Shown here: positions 1-30,480 of the stretch, in pieces
Layout: every line of letters starts with the position of its first letter
Numbering within the stretch: position 1 is the first letter of the stretch
Origin: Amoebidium appalachense
Taxonomy: Eukaryota; Protista; Ichthyosporea
Length of the DNA stretch: 64,000 nucleotides
Assembly (NCBI GenBank): GCA_963693365.1
Contig: CAVNZM010000004.1
Span: 5,892,564 to 5,956,563 of the forward strand
Direction of reading: 5' to 3'
Made by a program: the position numbers and the translations under genes
Notes under the pieces: model-generated
What the model was told of the DNA's origin: nothing
Databases searched by the model: none
What the model saw: the letters and a program-made list of their open reading frames with translations, nothing else

Positions 1-61
1 ACGGTGAACAACACAATCTGATGTTCAGGAGGGGGTTTTTTCTTCTTCTTCTTCTTTTTTT

Positions 62-92
<31 letters not shown>

Positions 93-1532
93 GGGAGGGG
101 GGGCACGTGCACCATGGTTGGCGGTTGATTGGGCCACTTCCCCATGGCTGACAAAGACATGTGAATGATCTACCAAAATACACAAAAGGCGATGCATGAT
201 ATAAAAAGCAGAAATGAAACTCGTGAGTACCAAGGACAAAGATCGAATACGAAAAACACGATGAAATGTGCACAAGAACACCACTGCAGCACACAGACAG
301 CTCTTATGCACGGCCCTTTCAGTAAAGGGATAGGGGTGGGTGCAGGAGGTTTTGCATGGTGCGTAAGGTACAAGAACTAAAAAGTTCACTCAGCACACAT
401 AAAGGGAAGGGAAAAAGAGTGATGTGCACTTTTTTGTTATCTAATCTACGCAACAGAACAATTCAGTCTATTTATCTGTCTTAGGTAAGACTCCCCCCCC
501 CCCCCCCCCCCCCCCCAAGTAAGTACGGGAGACACACGGAGAGATGATAGAAATATGGATGCACACATACATTGAGATCAGGTTGAGAAGAGGCCACGGA
601 AAAAGTAGAACGGTGCAAGGAGGCATAATAACCGGGGGAGGAGGGTAGATGGGTGGGTGGTTTTGGTGGTGGTGGTGATGGGGGGATACAGGGGTTATCC
701 TGTAACAAGTGGAAAGACGTGATCTCCCCACGAATGAAGGTCCTACACTGCCCGGGCTTCCCTCATTCACAACGATTGCCCACAATGCGTATTCGGATAC
801 ACGCCGTCAACAGTTCTTTTATACACCAAATAGCTGCACACTATTTCCATCGTACTCGTTCTCCCAAGCCACCACACCATCACCCCTGCAACAGCCATTT
901 GCACGTGCCCAACACAAAACGAAAAAGCCGGCAGCAAATCTTTGTACAACGCAAAAGGCGGTGTGTAAAAGTAAGGAAACGTATTGTTGACCCCAACCCC
1001 ATAACACCGCTGAGTTTGCATAGTGGAAATGCCTGTCAATAGGCTTATAAACCCGTTTTTTCACCATGCGTGGGGCTCAACCAAACCTATGAATAATGCC
1101 AAAATACATTCAACGGGTATTTTGGAATGGCAAAAAATGTTTCGTGATATTGAATTTCCTAAATGATGTGGCGGTAACCTGTATGTGCAGCATGTGTTTC
1201 ACAGAGTGGTTTGGTGTGTGATGCGTGCTTTGTGCATGTGCACAAATTGGGTACGAGTGGATGGGTATATCAGTGTCTGTGTGCTGGGGTGCATACGGGA
1301 ATGTGTTTGTGTTTTGTGCAACAAGGGTGGAAAAGTGGGTGTTGCTTTCAGTGCATGTTTATGATGTGTTGCCACCTAGTAGTCTAAATTGGCAAGTGTT
1401 TTCTCTTTGATATGGGGATCTGATAGAAACGTAAGCGCACAAGCGCATAAAAAACACTTGCCCCTCTATTCTTCTACAAACAGCAAGAGATATCGTAACA
1501 CAGCACTCGCAGACCAAGACCAGGAGAGTTAC

Positions 1533-1816
1533 CTGCATACGGCCAGCAAGGACCGTTCCAGCTCGTGTCTGTCCTCATTGAAAAATGGATACACTACCGC
1601 ACATATCCTGTTGTTTTTTTCGTCTGACGGGGTGGGTGCAAAGTACTGTGTGCCCAGCTGTGGGCGTGAATGCTCTGGGCCTTCAAACACCCGAAAGTCT
1701 AGCCTGGTCGGTTCACGCCTTTGCGTTGGCGCAAACGAAACTGCTCTTTTTCGTGGCATCTCCATGTCACTGTATGTAGAAATAAACGAAGGAAAATTCT
1801 GCAATATCCGTTGCAT
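1533..1816 (-). CDS. Probable first coding exon of a GT2-family glycosyltransferase (chitin/hyaluronan-synthase-like); downstream exons not resolved
   Basis: Non-repetitive ORF MQRILQ...ICAVVYPFFNEDRHELERSLLAVCR ends at a GT donor (AG|gtaact, 1532). The segment VVYPFFNE..ELERSL resembles the first strand/helix of GT-A fold GT2 enzymes (VIIPxYNE...L.RTL). A CCAAT cluster lies upstream. No DxD or QxRRW motif was found in the window. Confidence 0.4.
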
Positions 1817-2279
1817 GTGACCAAAATAGTGCCTGCCTGGCCTATTTAATGGTTGGGTTGTGGAATACGTGAATGTGTGTTGGTGAAGCGGATGCGAAGA
1901 AAGGCTTTCGCGTCGGTTGTCATCCAGGAGTTGGTATGCAACAAATTATACTATAGGAAATTCTACTTAGCTTATCCCTACCATATCTACCTCGCTATTT
2001 TGCTAAGCTTAGAGACTTGTGTATTACCTGTGCACCGCTTGGTTGCAGTGGTTCTAAAGATCGTGTCACGTCACACTGTGGCGTTGGCCGGCCCGGTGGC
2101 CAACATGTAGCAGGCGCGTTGCATAATCTTCGCAATCTAGTCTATGGCTATATGCAATCATGATATAAACGTTTAAAATGAATTGTTTGACCTCTTTTTG
2201 AATAGTTAAAATAATATAGCCTTTTAGTTTGATCCATTCTTGGTCAACAATTCTTTTTCTTTTGCCGGTTCCTGTTTGG

Positions 2280-2391
2280 CCAATCACAGGTGCGTTTCTC
2301 CGTTGCTCTAACTAGTTGACCAATCAAACGAGAATGCGCCGACGACGGCTTCAAATTTGGTTCGCCAGCAGTTCAAAGTCATGCTGATTGG
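2280..2391. promoter_or_regulatory. Cluster of three CCAAT (NF-Y-type) boxes, probable promoter of the minus-strand gene at <=1816
   Basis: GGCCAATCAC (CCAAT at 2280), GACCAATCAA (2320) and CTGATTGGCT (ATTGG at 2387) lie in repeat-free sequence upstream of the ORF. Confidence 0.45.
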
Positions 2392-3414
2392 CTGTAAGCG
2401 CATGAGGCTCGCACCAGGCATGGCTAATATATCCCAAAATGCAAAATATGTCCAACAAGTTAAAGGCTATTGGGGTAGATCGACATGTTTACTGTAGATA
2501 AAAATGGTAAAGGTAGATAGTTGAATTCAACTCCAGCAATTCCACGCCAGCTTTGCACGCGGGCATAGGCAAACGAAGGCCACTTCGTGAAAACTGTTGA
2601 CGGCAACCTGTTGCATGTGCACTGGGGAGAACTGTGTGTTGAAGGTGTGCACTGCAACCGCCAGCCATAAAAAGGTCACCTACAATCATGTAAAGGCAGT
2701 GTTGTATGGATACAGGTTCCTGCTACTCTGGTCGTGGAAGCGACCCATGTGTACTCAAGTAACATGGATAGCTGGATCCCATGCGCATACAATTTAAAAA
2801 AGCAGATGTTCAGAGTGTGCATCTGAGCAGTAAGTACTTTAGAAGTTAAATAAGAATCATGCTAAGACCACAAATGCGTGCATGTAAGAGCCATCTGCTT
2901 GATTTCCCGAACACTGACAGTGTTACTTGTGTAAGTGAGCCCGTGCAGAAAAAGCCGGATTAATATTGGCGGGGCAAAAATCTCTTTCTTTTATAAAAAG
3001 CAACCCTTGGTACGTATACATGTGCACTGTGTTAGTGTGGGTGTGTGTGCTAGCCGTGAGTGTGTGTGGTATGCATTTGCAGAAGCCCTCGAGCATGTTT
3101 CGCACGTGAGGGCATGCCATCTGATACTGTTGCCTGTGTGCATGCGTGTCCAGTAGCTAGACGGGTGTGTGCGCAGGGGTGTATCATGGCGGACTCCGAT
3201 CGGCATCTAATCATCTGAAAGGTGAATGGAGCAGGTGAAGAGGGTTGCAGTGGTGTGTGTTAATATATAGACGTGGTGGTAGTCGTGTGTGTGTGTGTGT
3301 GTGTGTTTGTGTGAGTGTGCTTGCTTGTTTGTTTGTATGTGTGTGTGTGTGTGTGTGTACACGTCCGTGTGTGCCTGTTGTATCAGTGTCTGTGCGAACA
3401 TGTCTGTCCGTGTT

Positions 3415-3451
<37 letters not shown>

Positions 3452-3494
3452 CTTTGTGTGTTCCTTGGGAGGAGAGGGAGGGGAGGAGGAAGGG

Positions 3495-3535
<41 letters not shown>

Positions 3536-4084
3536 ATGCAATGGCACCACTAGCAGCTGGTGGAAACTGTGAATCACATTGCATCTGTGACCATGTACAT
3601 GCTCGCATGCAGATGCACAGCAAGGCACAGTACAGTGGTGCTTATGGAGTATATTTAAAGCGCGGTGGTTTAGTGGCCTCCGAAACATACATGTACATGA
3701 TCATAAAGACATAGGTATATGTACATCATCCTCGCGTACCATACAGAACATCATTCAATACAGTTCTTGCGCACCTACATACACAATAATATACAAAACA
3801 ACTCAGAGCACGAAGCAATCAACATACAGCCATCACAGGTATGTACGTATGCACATATCCACGGTGAGCACATGCCACATATGCAATGCTAATGCCGCAT
3901 ACATTCATACTAGCTAATATTAGTCTTCACAGCGCACGGCCTCGATACCACAATACTTAGTCACAGCACCAGTGGGCCCAATCCAGAGCCCACACTTAGC
4001 CATCCCCACACATACATCATATTGCACTAGGGGTGGACCAGGTGGCTGGTGGCTGGTGGGTATGGCAGGGTGCACACCATGGCA

Positions 4085-24302
<20,218 letters not shown>

Positions 24303-24348
24303 GGTGCCCGGCACACCAACACAGGCAACAGGAGCAGGTCATCAACCT

Positions 24349-24438
24349 CATAGGGGCTCTCGCATGTGCATATACGCAGGTCACCCGCGCAGGCATAGGG
24401 GCTCTCGCATGTGCATATACGCAGGTCACCCGCGCAGG
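24349..24438. repeat. Exact 45-bp tandem duplication just upstream of the putative HRQ1 start
   Basis: CATAGGGGCTCTCGCATGTGCATATACGCAGGTCACCCGCGCAGG at 24349-24393 and 24394-24438. Confidence 0.93.
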
Positions 24439-25025
24439 CCTGTCATGCTACACTAGCTTTACACAAACCACAGGCACGTCCCAAGAAAATGACAAATGCT
24501 CTTAAAGTAATCTAAGCTAGCATACTGCACCAGCTTTGTACCAACCACATGCATATCTCAGGAGAACATTCAAGTATCTGGCATAAATCCTCGACACAGG
24601 GGGTCAGTTGGTAAACGAAACCTATAGACCTAACTATTCTACAGGGCACCCTGGCTTTGAAAAAGAGTGCGCGTGAACTCAGTGAGTCGTGTATCACACA
24701 AAAGCCCGCCAAAATTTGAAGTTGTCCAATGGGATCTGGTTATCTTTTTCCTATTATGGCAAGGGGGCCCAAAAGTTGAAACCTCGGGGGTCAGGGGAGT
24801 TAGCCTGGAGCCCACTGCCCAGCCCTTGCAAGGCGTGCCCAAAGCAGCACAAAGCAGGCCTGGTCCTTTCAGGTGGGTTTGGTGCAGCGCTCGGGTTAAA
24901 AAGTTAGGAGTAACGGAGCCACGTACACTCTAAGAACACAGAGTCATGCACGATGTGCGCTAAGGCAAACGGCGGGCGGGCGGCAGAGGGAGGGGGAAAG
25001 ACATAGAGGAAGGGGCGGCCAGGGG

Positions 25026-25057
<32 letters not shown>

Positions 25058-25264
25058 GGGAGCTTCAAACAGACCAAACAACTTTAGGGGGCCGAACTTG
25101 ATAGAACTTGGGGAAAGGGGAGAGGAAGGGGGGGGTAGGGGGGGGCAAAGAGCTGAGCCGAAAAGAATTTGTTTTCAGATTATTTATGCACGTACCACAG
25201 AGGATTCGAAAGGGAGTCGAAAGAGGGAAGGGAATGATTGCAGGCACAGGTTGGCCAGAGAGGG

Positions 25265-25620
25265 GCATAAAAGCGGACCCTTGTTGACTGGTAGTTTGGT
25301 CTGTTTGTTCTTATCCACGAAGGAGAGTGTAGGCTAGCTGGGGGAGCTGCAAGGATGGCCCTAACGGGTGACAGCGGTGGGGAGTGTGGATAGTAATATC
25401 GCCGGAGATTTGGGGTGAGCTGATGAGCAGAGACGTAGTGATTGCATAAAAGCGGACCCTTGTTGACTGGTAGTTTGGTCTGTTTGTTCTTATCCACGAA
25501 GGAGAGTGTAGGCTAGCTGGGGGAGCTGCAAGGATGGCCCTAACGGGCGACAGCGGTGGGGAGTCTAGATAGTAATATCGCCGGAGATTTGGGGTGAGCT
25601 GAAGAGCAGAGACGTAGCGA
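25265..25620. repeat. Near-identical 179-bp tandem duplication
   Basis: GCATAAAAGCGGACCCTTGTTGACTGG...AGAGACGTAG begins at 25265 and again at 25444, with only a few substitutions. Confidence 0.93.
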
Positions 25621-26363
25621 GCTATCAAGCTTTTTCAGGGTGTAAGTTAGTAGCTGTGGCGATCACCCCCCTCCCCCCCCCCCTCGTACCCCTCCCCCTC
25701 TCCCAACCTCCCCCCCCCCCCCCCCTCCCTGCCCGCGCACCCGCCCGTACATACACCATAGATACACTTCCCCTTTCCCTGCCCTCTCTGACCTTCGCAG
25801 GCTGCAGAGGCGCTGGAGAAAAGAGGGGAGGGAAGAGATGATCACAGTGAAGAAGGATGGGGATAATCATAAACAAATCCCTGTGATGCAAATATACATT
25901 TCGTCCCCACCACTACTGTGCCTTCCATCTCCTGCCCTTAAGCTTCCACCTTGACGACCAGACCCCGCCACCTCCTACCCCTTCCCTTTCCATCTGTAAG
26001 GAACAGATATAGAGAACCTGATGTCCTGAGACACAAGCAACTTGGAGCGAAAAAGACACTTGCAAGCACCAAGAGCCTCACAAGCAGGGAACCACCATGA
26101 CCAAACAGAACAAACAGCACACACATGCTTCATCTGAAACCGTGAAACTGTGAGGGCTTTCTCTCTTAATCAGTATTTGGCCGACCGGCACGGCACCATG
26201 TGCTTCACACACACCAATGTATTTGCATACAACCTAGGCACTGTTACAACTCGAACTAAAAGGCACGGGACTCCGCACCGCACTTTAGCTACTACGCTAA
26301 CTTAGTACTAAACTTTTCTCTGTGCTTCTGCACCTGCACATGTTTGCTACAACTTTAAAATAC

Positions 26364-27104
26364 CTAGCATAGCGGCGACACACCCATGCTTTCATACACG
26401 GCTATCTCATACCTCACCCATGTGGCCGGGTCTGTCTGCAGCCCCTGGGGCACGTGAGGGTCCACCACCCGCCTCAACTTACTTGCGTCAAAAGAGGGAA
26501 AGAATCTGTCTGCCTTATAGTCCGCGTGGATGGTTGTGAGGTAGAGGCGATGGAACGCAGCGCTCCCTAGTGTTGCTTGGTACACGTCTGCCCCACCATC
26601 CACCCATACACGTCCTGTTTTTGAACTGAAAGCTTCGCTCGCACACAGGCTGAGGGCTTCATCCAGAGAACGACACAGATATGTGTCCGGTTGTTGATCA
26701 GTTACTTCTTTCGTTAGTGTTGTGCTGAGCACTATAAACACGTTGGTTGGGTAGCCAGAGAGAGCTGTAGCGTAGTTCTTGATGCGATCCAGCCATGTTT
26801 TTCTTCCGATGATGATCACGTTAGGCTTATCTGGGTGGCTGCGTGTGTGCACGGTGCGCGCGTAGTATGCAAACTCGCTGGGTATGCTCCAGGGAAGGAC
26901 ACCATCACGGGATATGCCCCCTTTTTCGTCTGTGGCGCTTATAAGGTTAAGTTGCACGGTGCACTGTGTTCTCATCTCTGTTTTGGTCGCTTGCATGGTA
27001 GGGGTTGGGTAGGCGCCAGGCGAATCTTGCACTGTTCTAGTAGTGTAGTGTGAGTTGTGTGTGTGTGTTACTGTGTGTTGGAGTGCCTTTGTCCCTGGCT
27101 CCAT
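26364..27104 (-). CDS. DHFR: Monofunctional dihydrofolate reductase (divergent), single coding exon; true start may be a downstream Met (MQATK or MRTQC)
   Basis: The motifs LNLISA..GGIS.DG.LPW..PSEFAYY, NVIIIGRKTW, IVLS, RSLDEAL, VWVDGGADVY, RLYLTTI, ADRFFP and YEIAVYE are colinear with animal-type DHFR. There is no thymidylate synthase fusion. Confidence 0.92.
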   Translation of the reverse strand: MEPGTKALQHTVTHTHNSHYTTRTVQDSPGAYPTPTMQATKTEMRTQCTVQLNLISATDEKGGISRDGVLPWSIPSEFAYYARTVHTRSHPDKPNVIIIGRKTWLDRIKNYATALSGYPTNVFIVLSTTLTKEVTDQQPDTYLCRSLDEALSLCASEAFSSKTGRVWVDGGADVYQATLGSAAFHRLYLTTIHADYKADRFFPSFDASKLRRVVDPHVPQGLQTDPATWVRYEIAVYESMGVSPLC

Positions 27105-27354
27105 AGATCGATGATTAGGCTTAGATTAGAAAGTTGTTTGGGGGGGGTAACGGTTTACGCTGTTTACTCGAAGCAAAGTTGTTTGATTGCATCGATCGCC
27201 TAACCTAAAACACCCTAGACTACCGCCCCAGCTGGACTCTGGGCAGACTGACCACATCGAATAGTCATGCATGTGTGGTTTGGGGTAGGTTTATTAAGTC
27301 CCTTCAGTTGATGCACGAGCATATGCGGGGTGGTTGCAAGGGCCCAAGGCAGTT

Positions 27355-27386
<32 letters not shown>

Positions 27387-27472
27387 AGTGTGAGTGAGTG
27401 AGTGAGTGAGCGTGTGTGTGCACACGTGTGTGTTCGTGAGCGAGTGAGTGAGCGTGTGTGTGCACACGTGTG

Positions 27473-27559
<87 letters not shown>

Positions 27560-28405
27560 GTAAGCGTGTGTGTGCACATGTTTATATGCGTGTGTGTGTA
27601 GTGTGTGTGTGTGTGTACATGTGTGTGTGTTCCACTCTGTGTGTGTGTTGTATGTTTTTTTTTGGGTGTGAAATATTTAGCAAACTGTAGCCCTCGGGGG
27701 GCCGGGGGGGGGGGGGGGGGAGGGGGGGGGGGGGGGGGAGGGGGGACTGGGGGGAAGGGAGGGAAGGAGGCTACATGCACAGCTGCTGCTGCTGCACCAT
27801 GGCCAGAGAGCCGTTCGACAGGGGAAAAGCCGGTGCAGGCTGGTAGTGGACACTGTGCCTAGGGATAAACATCCCTTGTGGCACAATTTATGCATGATAT
27901 TAGCTGTATCACTTACATCACGTGCCTTAATAACTGCTACGTTCACTTTGCCCTACAATGTGATATATGTAGCTAGGCGGCCATGTGTGCAGCCGGTACC
28001 CGTCCGGTGCCTCTTTACGTTCATGCCATGTTTGAAGTGTTACTGTTACTTAGCGTTCGACCTATATATTAGCTTAATTACGTAAATATATAAATATTGA
28101 GAATTACAAGATAGATATGCTACGTTTGATTTCCCTTGTGTGGCCTATTACCTAGACATCATGTCAAATGAGTTTATCACTTTTGATGACAGTACTGTAT
28201 GCATACTGTGTACATGTTGCCATCGTGTGTGTGTGTGTGTGTGTGTGTGTCCCAATTATCCTGTGTACCTACTAAAAACCGTTATCAACAGTCGCTCCCC
28301 CTCTGTATGTACCACCTACTAATTACATACTTGCCCCTGAAAAGTTCATTGCCCAGTGCGGCAACCCCGGCATGGAACTCATTTCGTCAGTCACTGAAAA
28401 GGTAC

Positions 28406-28948
28406 TCACAAGGATACAATGACACCCGATGCCCCATGGTTAAGGCCCTCTGTGCTGCTGCCTGGTGCCGGGCCCTGCCTTGCCTTCTGTCTTTGCTGTG
28501 TGCTTGCGCTTGCCTGACCATCGCTTTTTGCTGTGCGGTGGGCCATTCCACGCCCCTGGGATGCCGCCAGCAGCGTATCCGACCTGGACCGGCCCACACT
28601 GCCCAGGCTGGATGGCTCCCTCAATTGGTCCACTGCTCGGGGCTGCATGGCCTTACGGGCCCCGGCCTGGCTGACCTCCAATAGATTTGCTTCCCTCATG
28701 CCCATATTTGGCGTGTTGCTGGAGGCACTGCGACTACGCGGCATGATCCCTACGCCAGGCAGACTGAGTGACGTGGTGCTGCTGTTTGTGTTGGAATCAC
28801 TGCTTGCACCTCCACCGTGTACGTTGGTCTGGGCCATGGGTGTGGGTGCTTGCTGGGGCAGCAGACGCAGGGTGGATGCCTGGTTCTTTTCCTTGTCCAG
28901 GTGCATGCTGCCGCCCTGCAGGGTGGGAACTGTGTCCGTCATTACCAA
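28406..28948 (-). CDS. Hypothetical S/Q/A-rich, probably disordered protein or exon
   Basis: 180-codon repeat-free GC-rich ORF with a possible donor TT|gtgagt at its 3' end. The codon-aligned antisense frame is also open (28533-28961), so the strand is uncertain. No domain recognised. Confidence 0.3.
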   Translation of the reverse strand: MVMTDTVPTLQGGSMHLDKEKNQASTLRLLPQQAPTPMAQTNVHGGGASSDSNTNSSTTSLSLPGVGIMPRSRSASSNTPNMGMREANLLEVSQAGARKAMQPRAVDQLREPSSLGSVGRSRSDTLLAASQGRGMAHRTAKSDGQASASTQQRQKARQGPAPGSSTEGLNHGASGVIVSL

Positions 28949-28990
28949 AATTAAAACATAAACCCAATCACCATAACCCTACGTGTGTCT

Positions 28991-29043
28991 GGGGGGGCTG
29001 CCGCCCCCCCAACCTCCCGCTAGAGGGGCCTGACGGCCCCTCT
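28991..29043. other. Twin perfect GC-rich hairpins separated by CTAG
   Basis: GGGGGGGC-TGCC-GCCCCCCC (28991-29010) and AGAGGGGCC-TGAC-GGCCCCTCT (29022-29043); CTAG at 29020-29023. Confidence 0.85.
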
Positions 29044-29385
29044 GTCTCTTGGAGATCGAATCGTTCTCCCCTGATTTTACGTCATCGGATCGTGTTTTGT
29101 CCAATCAGGTGCGAGGGGACTTCCGGCGTATGGACTTATGTTGAAACCGTGAACCATAACAAGCACACCGTTTGTTGTGCCTATTCCTGTCAAAATATGG
29201 TAAAGAGTTGGGATAGGCTGCACACCTTTGTCACCCGCACTGGCAGCAGGACTGTCTCTATATGAAAACCCGCACCACACCCTACCATTCCAAATCGCAC
29301 TCTCCTACCTATACCATATTGCATTCTTTCAATCACTCACCCCAACTCCCTTTCCTTCTTGTCCCCCCACCCACCCACCCACCAG

Positions 29386-30480
29386 GCACACTAGAGGTAG
29401 GGGACATGCTATATGACATAGATGGAGCCAGCAGCACGATCTATGAGATGTTCCAAGTGAGTGCCTATGACTGTGACCGCAGTCTTGTGGACTCAGTCGT
29501 CAGTCCAAAGGGCACAAACAAGGACTGTGCCGTCAATCCTCTTGAGTCAAACCCCTGGGTCTTCGTGCTGGGTGCGTGCTCATCGCCCCTCCCTCCCTAA
29601 CCCCCCCCCCCCCCCCCCCCCCCCTCCCTTCCCTCCTCTTCCCCTGGCCCCCCTCCCTCGGGCGCTGTTTTGTTGCACACTCAGTGTCACCCATTCACCC
29701 GACAAACCCTGCTTCCCCCTCCCCCTCCCCCACCACCACCACCACCACGCTCCCCCCCCACCCCCAGCCCCAACCTCACCCCCACCCCCTCTCCCCCCTC
29801 CCCCCCCTCCTCATCCCCCATCCCTCCCTTTCGAGAATGCACACCACATCACCCAAACGGGCACCCCTTGTGGGTGTGTGCGGAGTTGGGGAACCCGGAA
29901 GTAATTGTAAAAGGGATTGGGGAAGGAGGGGGAAGGTGTGGGGGGAGGGGAGGGGGGGAGGGGCGGGGGGGTATGGCTGGGTTAGCCATTTCGGCAAGCA
30001 GGGGTTGGGGGTAAGGTGGCAGGCAAACATCCTTATAACCAGGCACACACACAAATAACATGTGCAGGGGGCCGCAACAACACACGACCCATCAAGTACG
30101 TGGTCATTGAGTGGGTGGGCAATGTCACCACTGGGCCTGGCGGCATAGGCATGGCCTTTGACAACCTGTGGGCCTATGGATGCACCTTCAATGCACGTAA
30201 GCACATGCACACGACCACAACACTATACAGGCACATGCACGTGCCGACAGTGTAGCACGCGCACAGCACAGCACGGGACACACGGACACACGGTGCTTTT
30301 AAGTCTCCGCTAGCGGTCATGCCTCCACCCTCCAACCCATTCAGCCACACTATGGCATGTTGTGCGCTCAAACCCCACACTTTCTCATGTCATGCACCTG
30401 AGCACATAGACCCCACGCCTATTCTCTGCAGAGAGGATTTCGTCATAGGCACCGATACCTGCATCTGCTCTCTAACCTGA
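29386..30480 (+). CDS. Spliced gene for an uncharacterised beta-rich (probably extracellular) domain; 5' exons unresolved
   Basis: Exons 29386-29571 and 30068-30196 join in phase 1: GTLEVGDMLYDIDGASSTIYEMFQVSAYDCDRSLVDSVVSPKGTNKDCAVNPLESNPWVFVLGGRNNTRPIKYVVIEWVGNVTTGPGGIGMAFDNLWAYGCTFNA. The terminal exon at ~30432-30480 reads QRISS* or QDFVIGTDTCICSLT* depending on the acceptor used. Confidence 0.72.

Noticed and set aside
28340-28410. Several in-frame TGA codons after the 180-aa ORF (selenocysteine or readthrough?)
   Set aside because: There is no redox motif or recognisable SECIS, and the first TGA overlaps a plausible GTGAGT donor.
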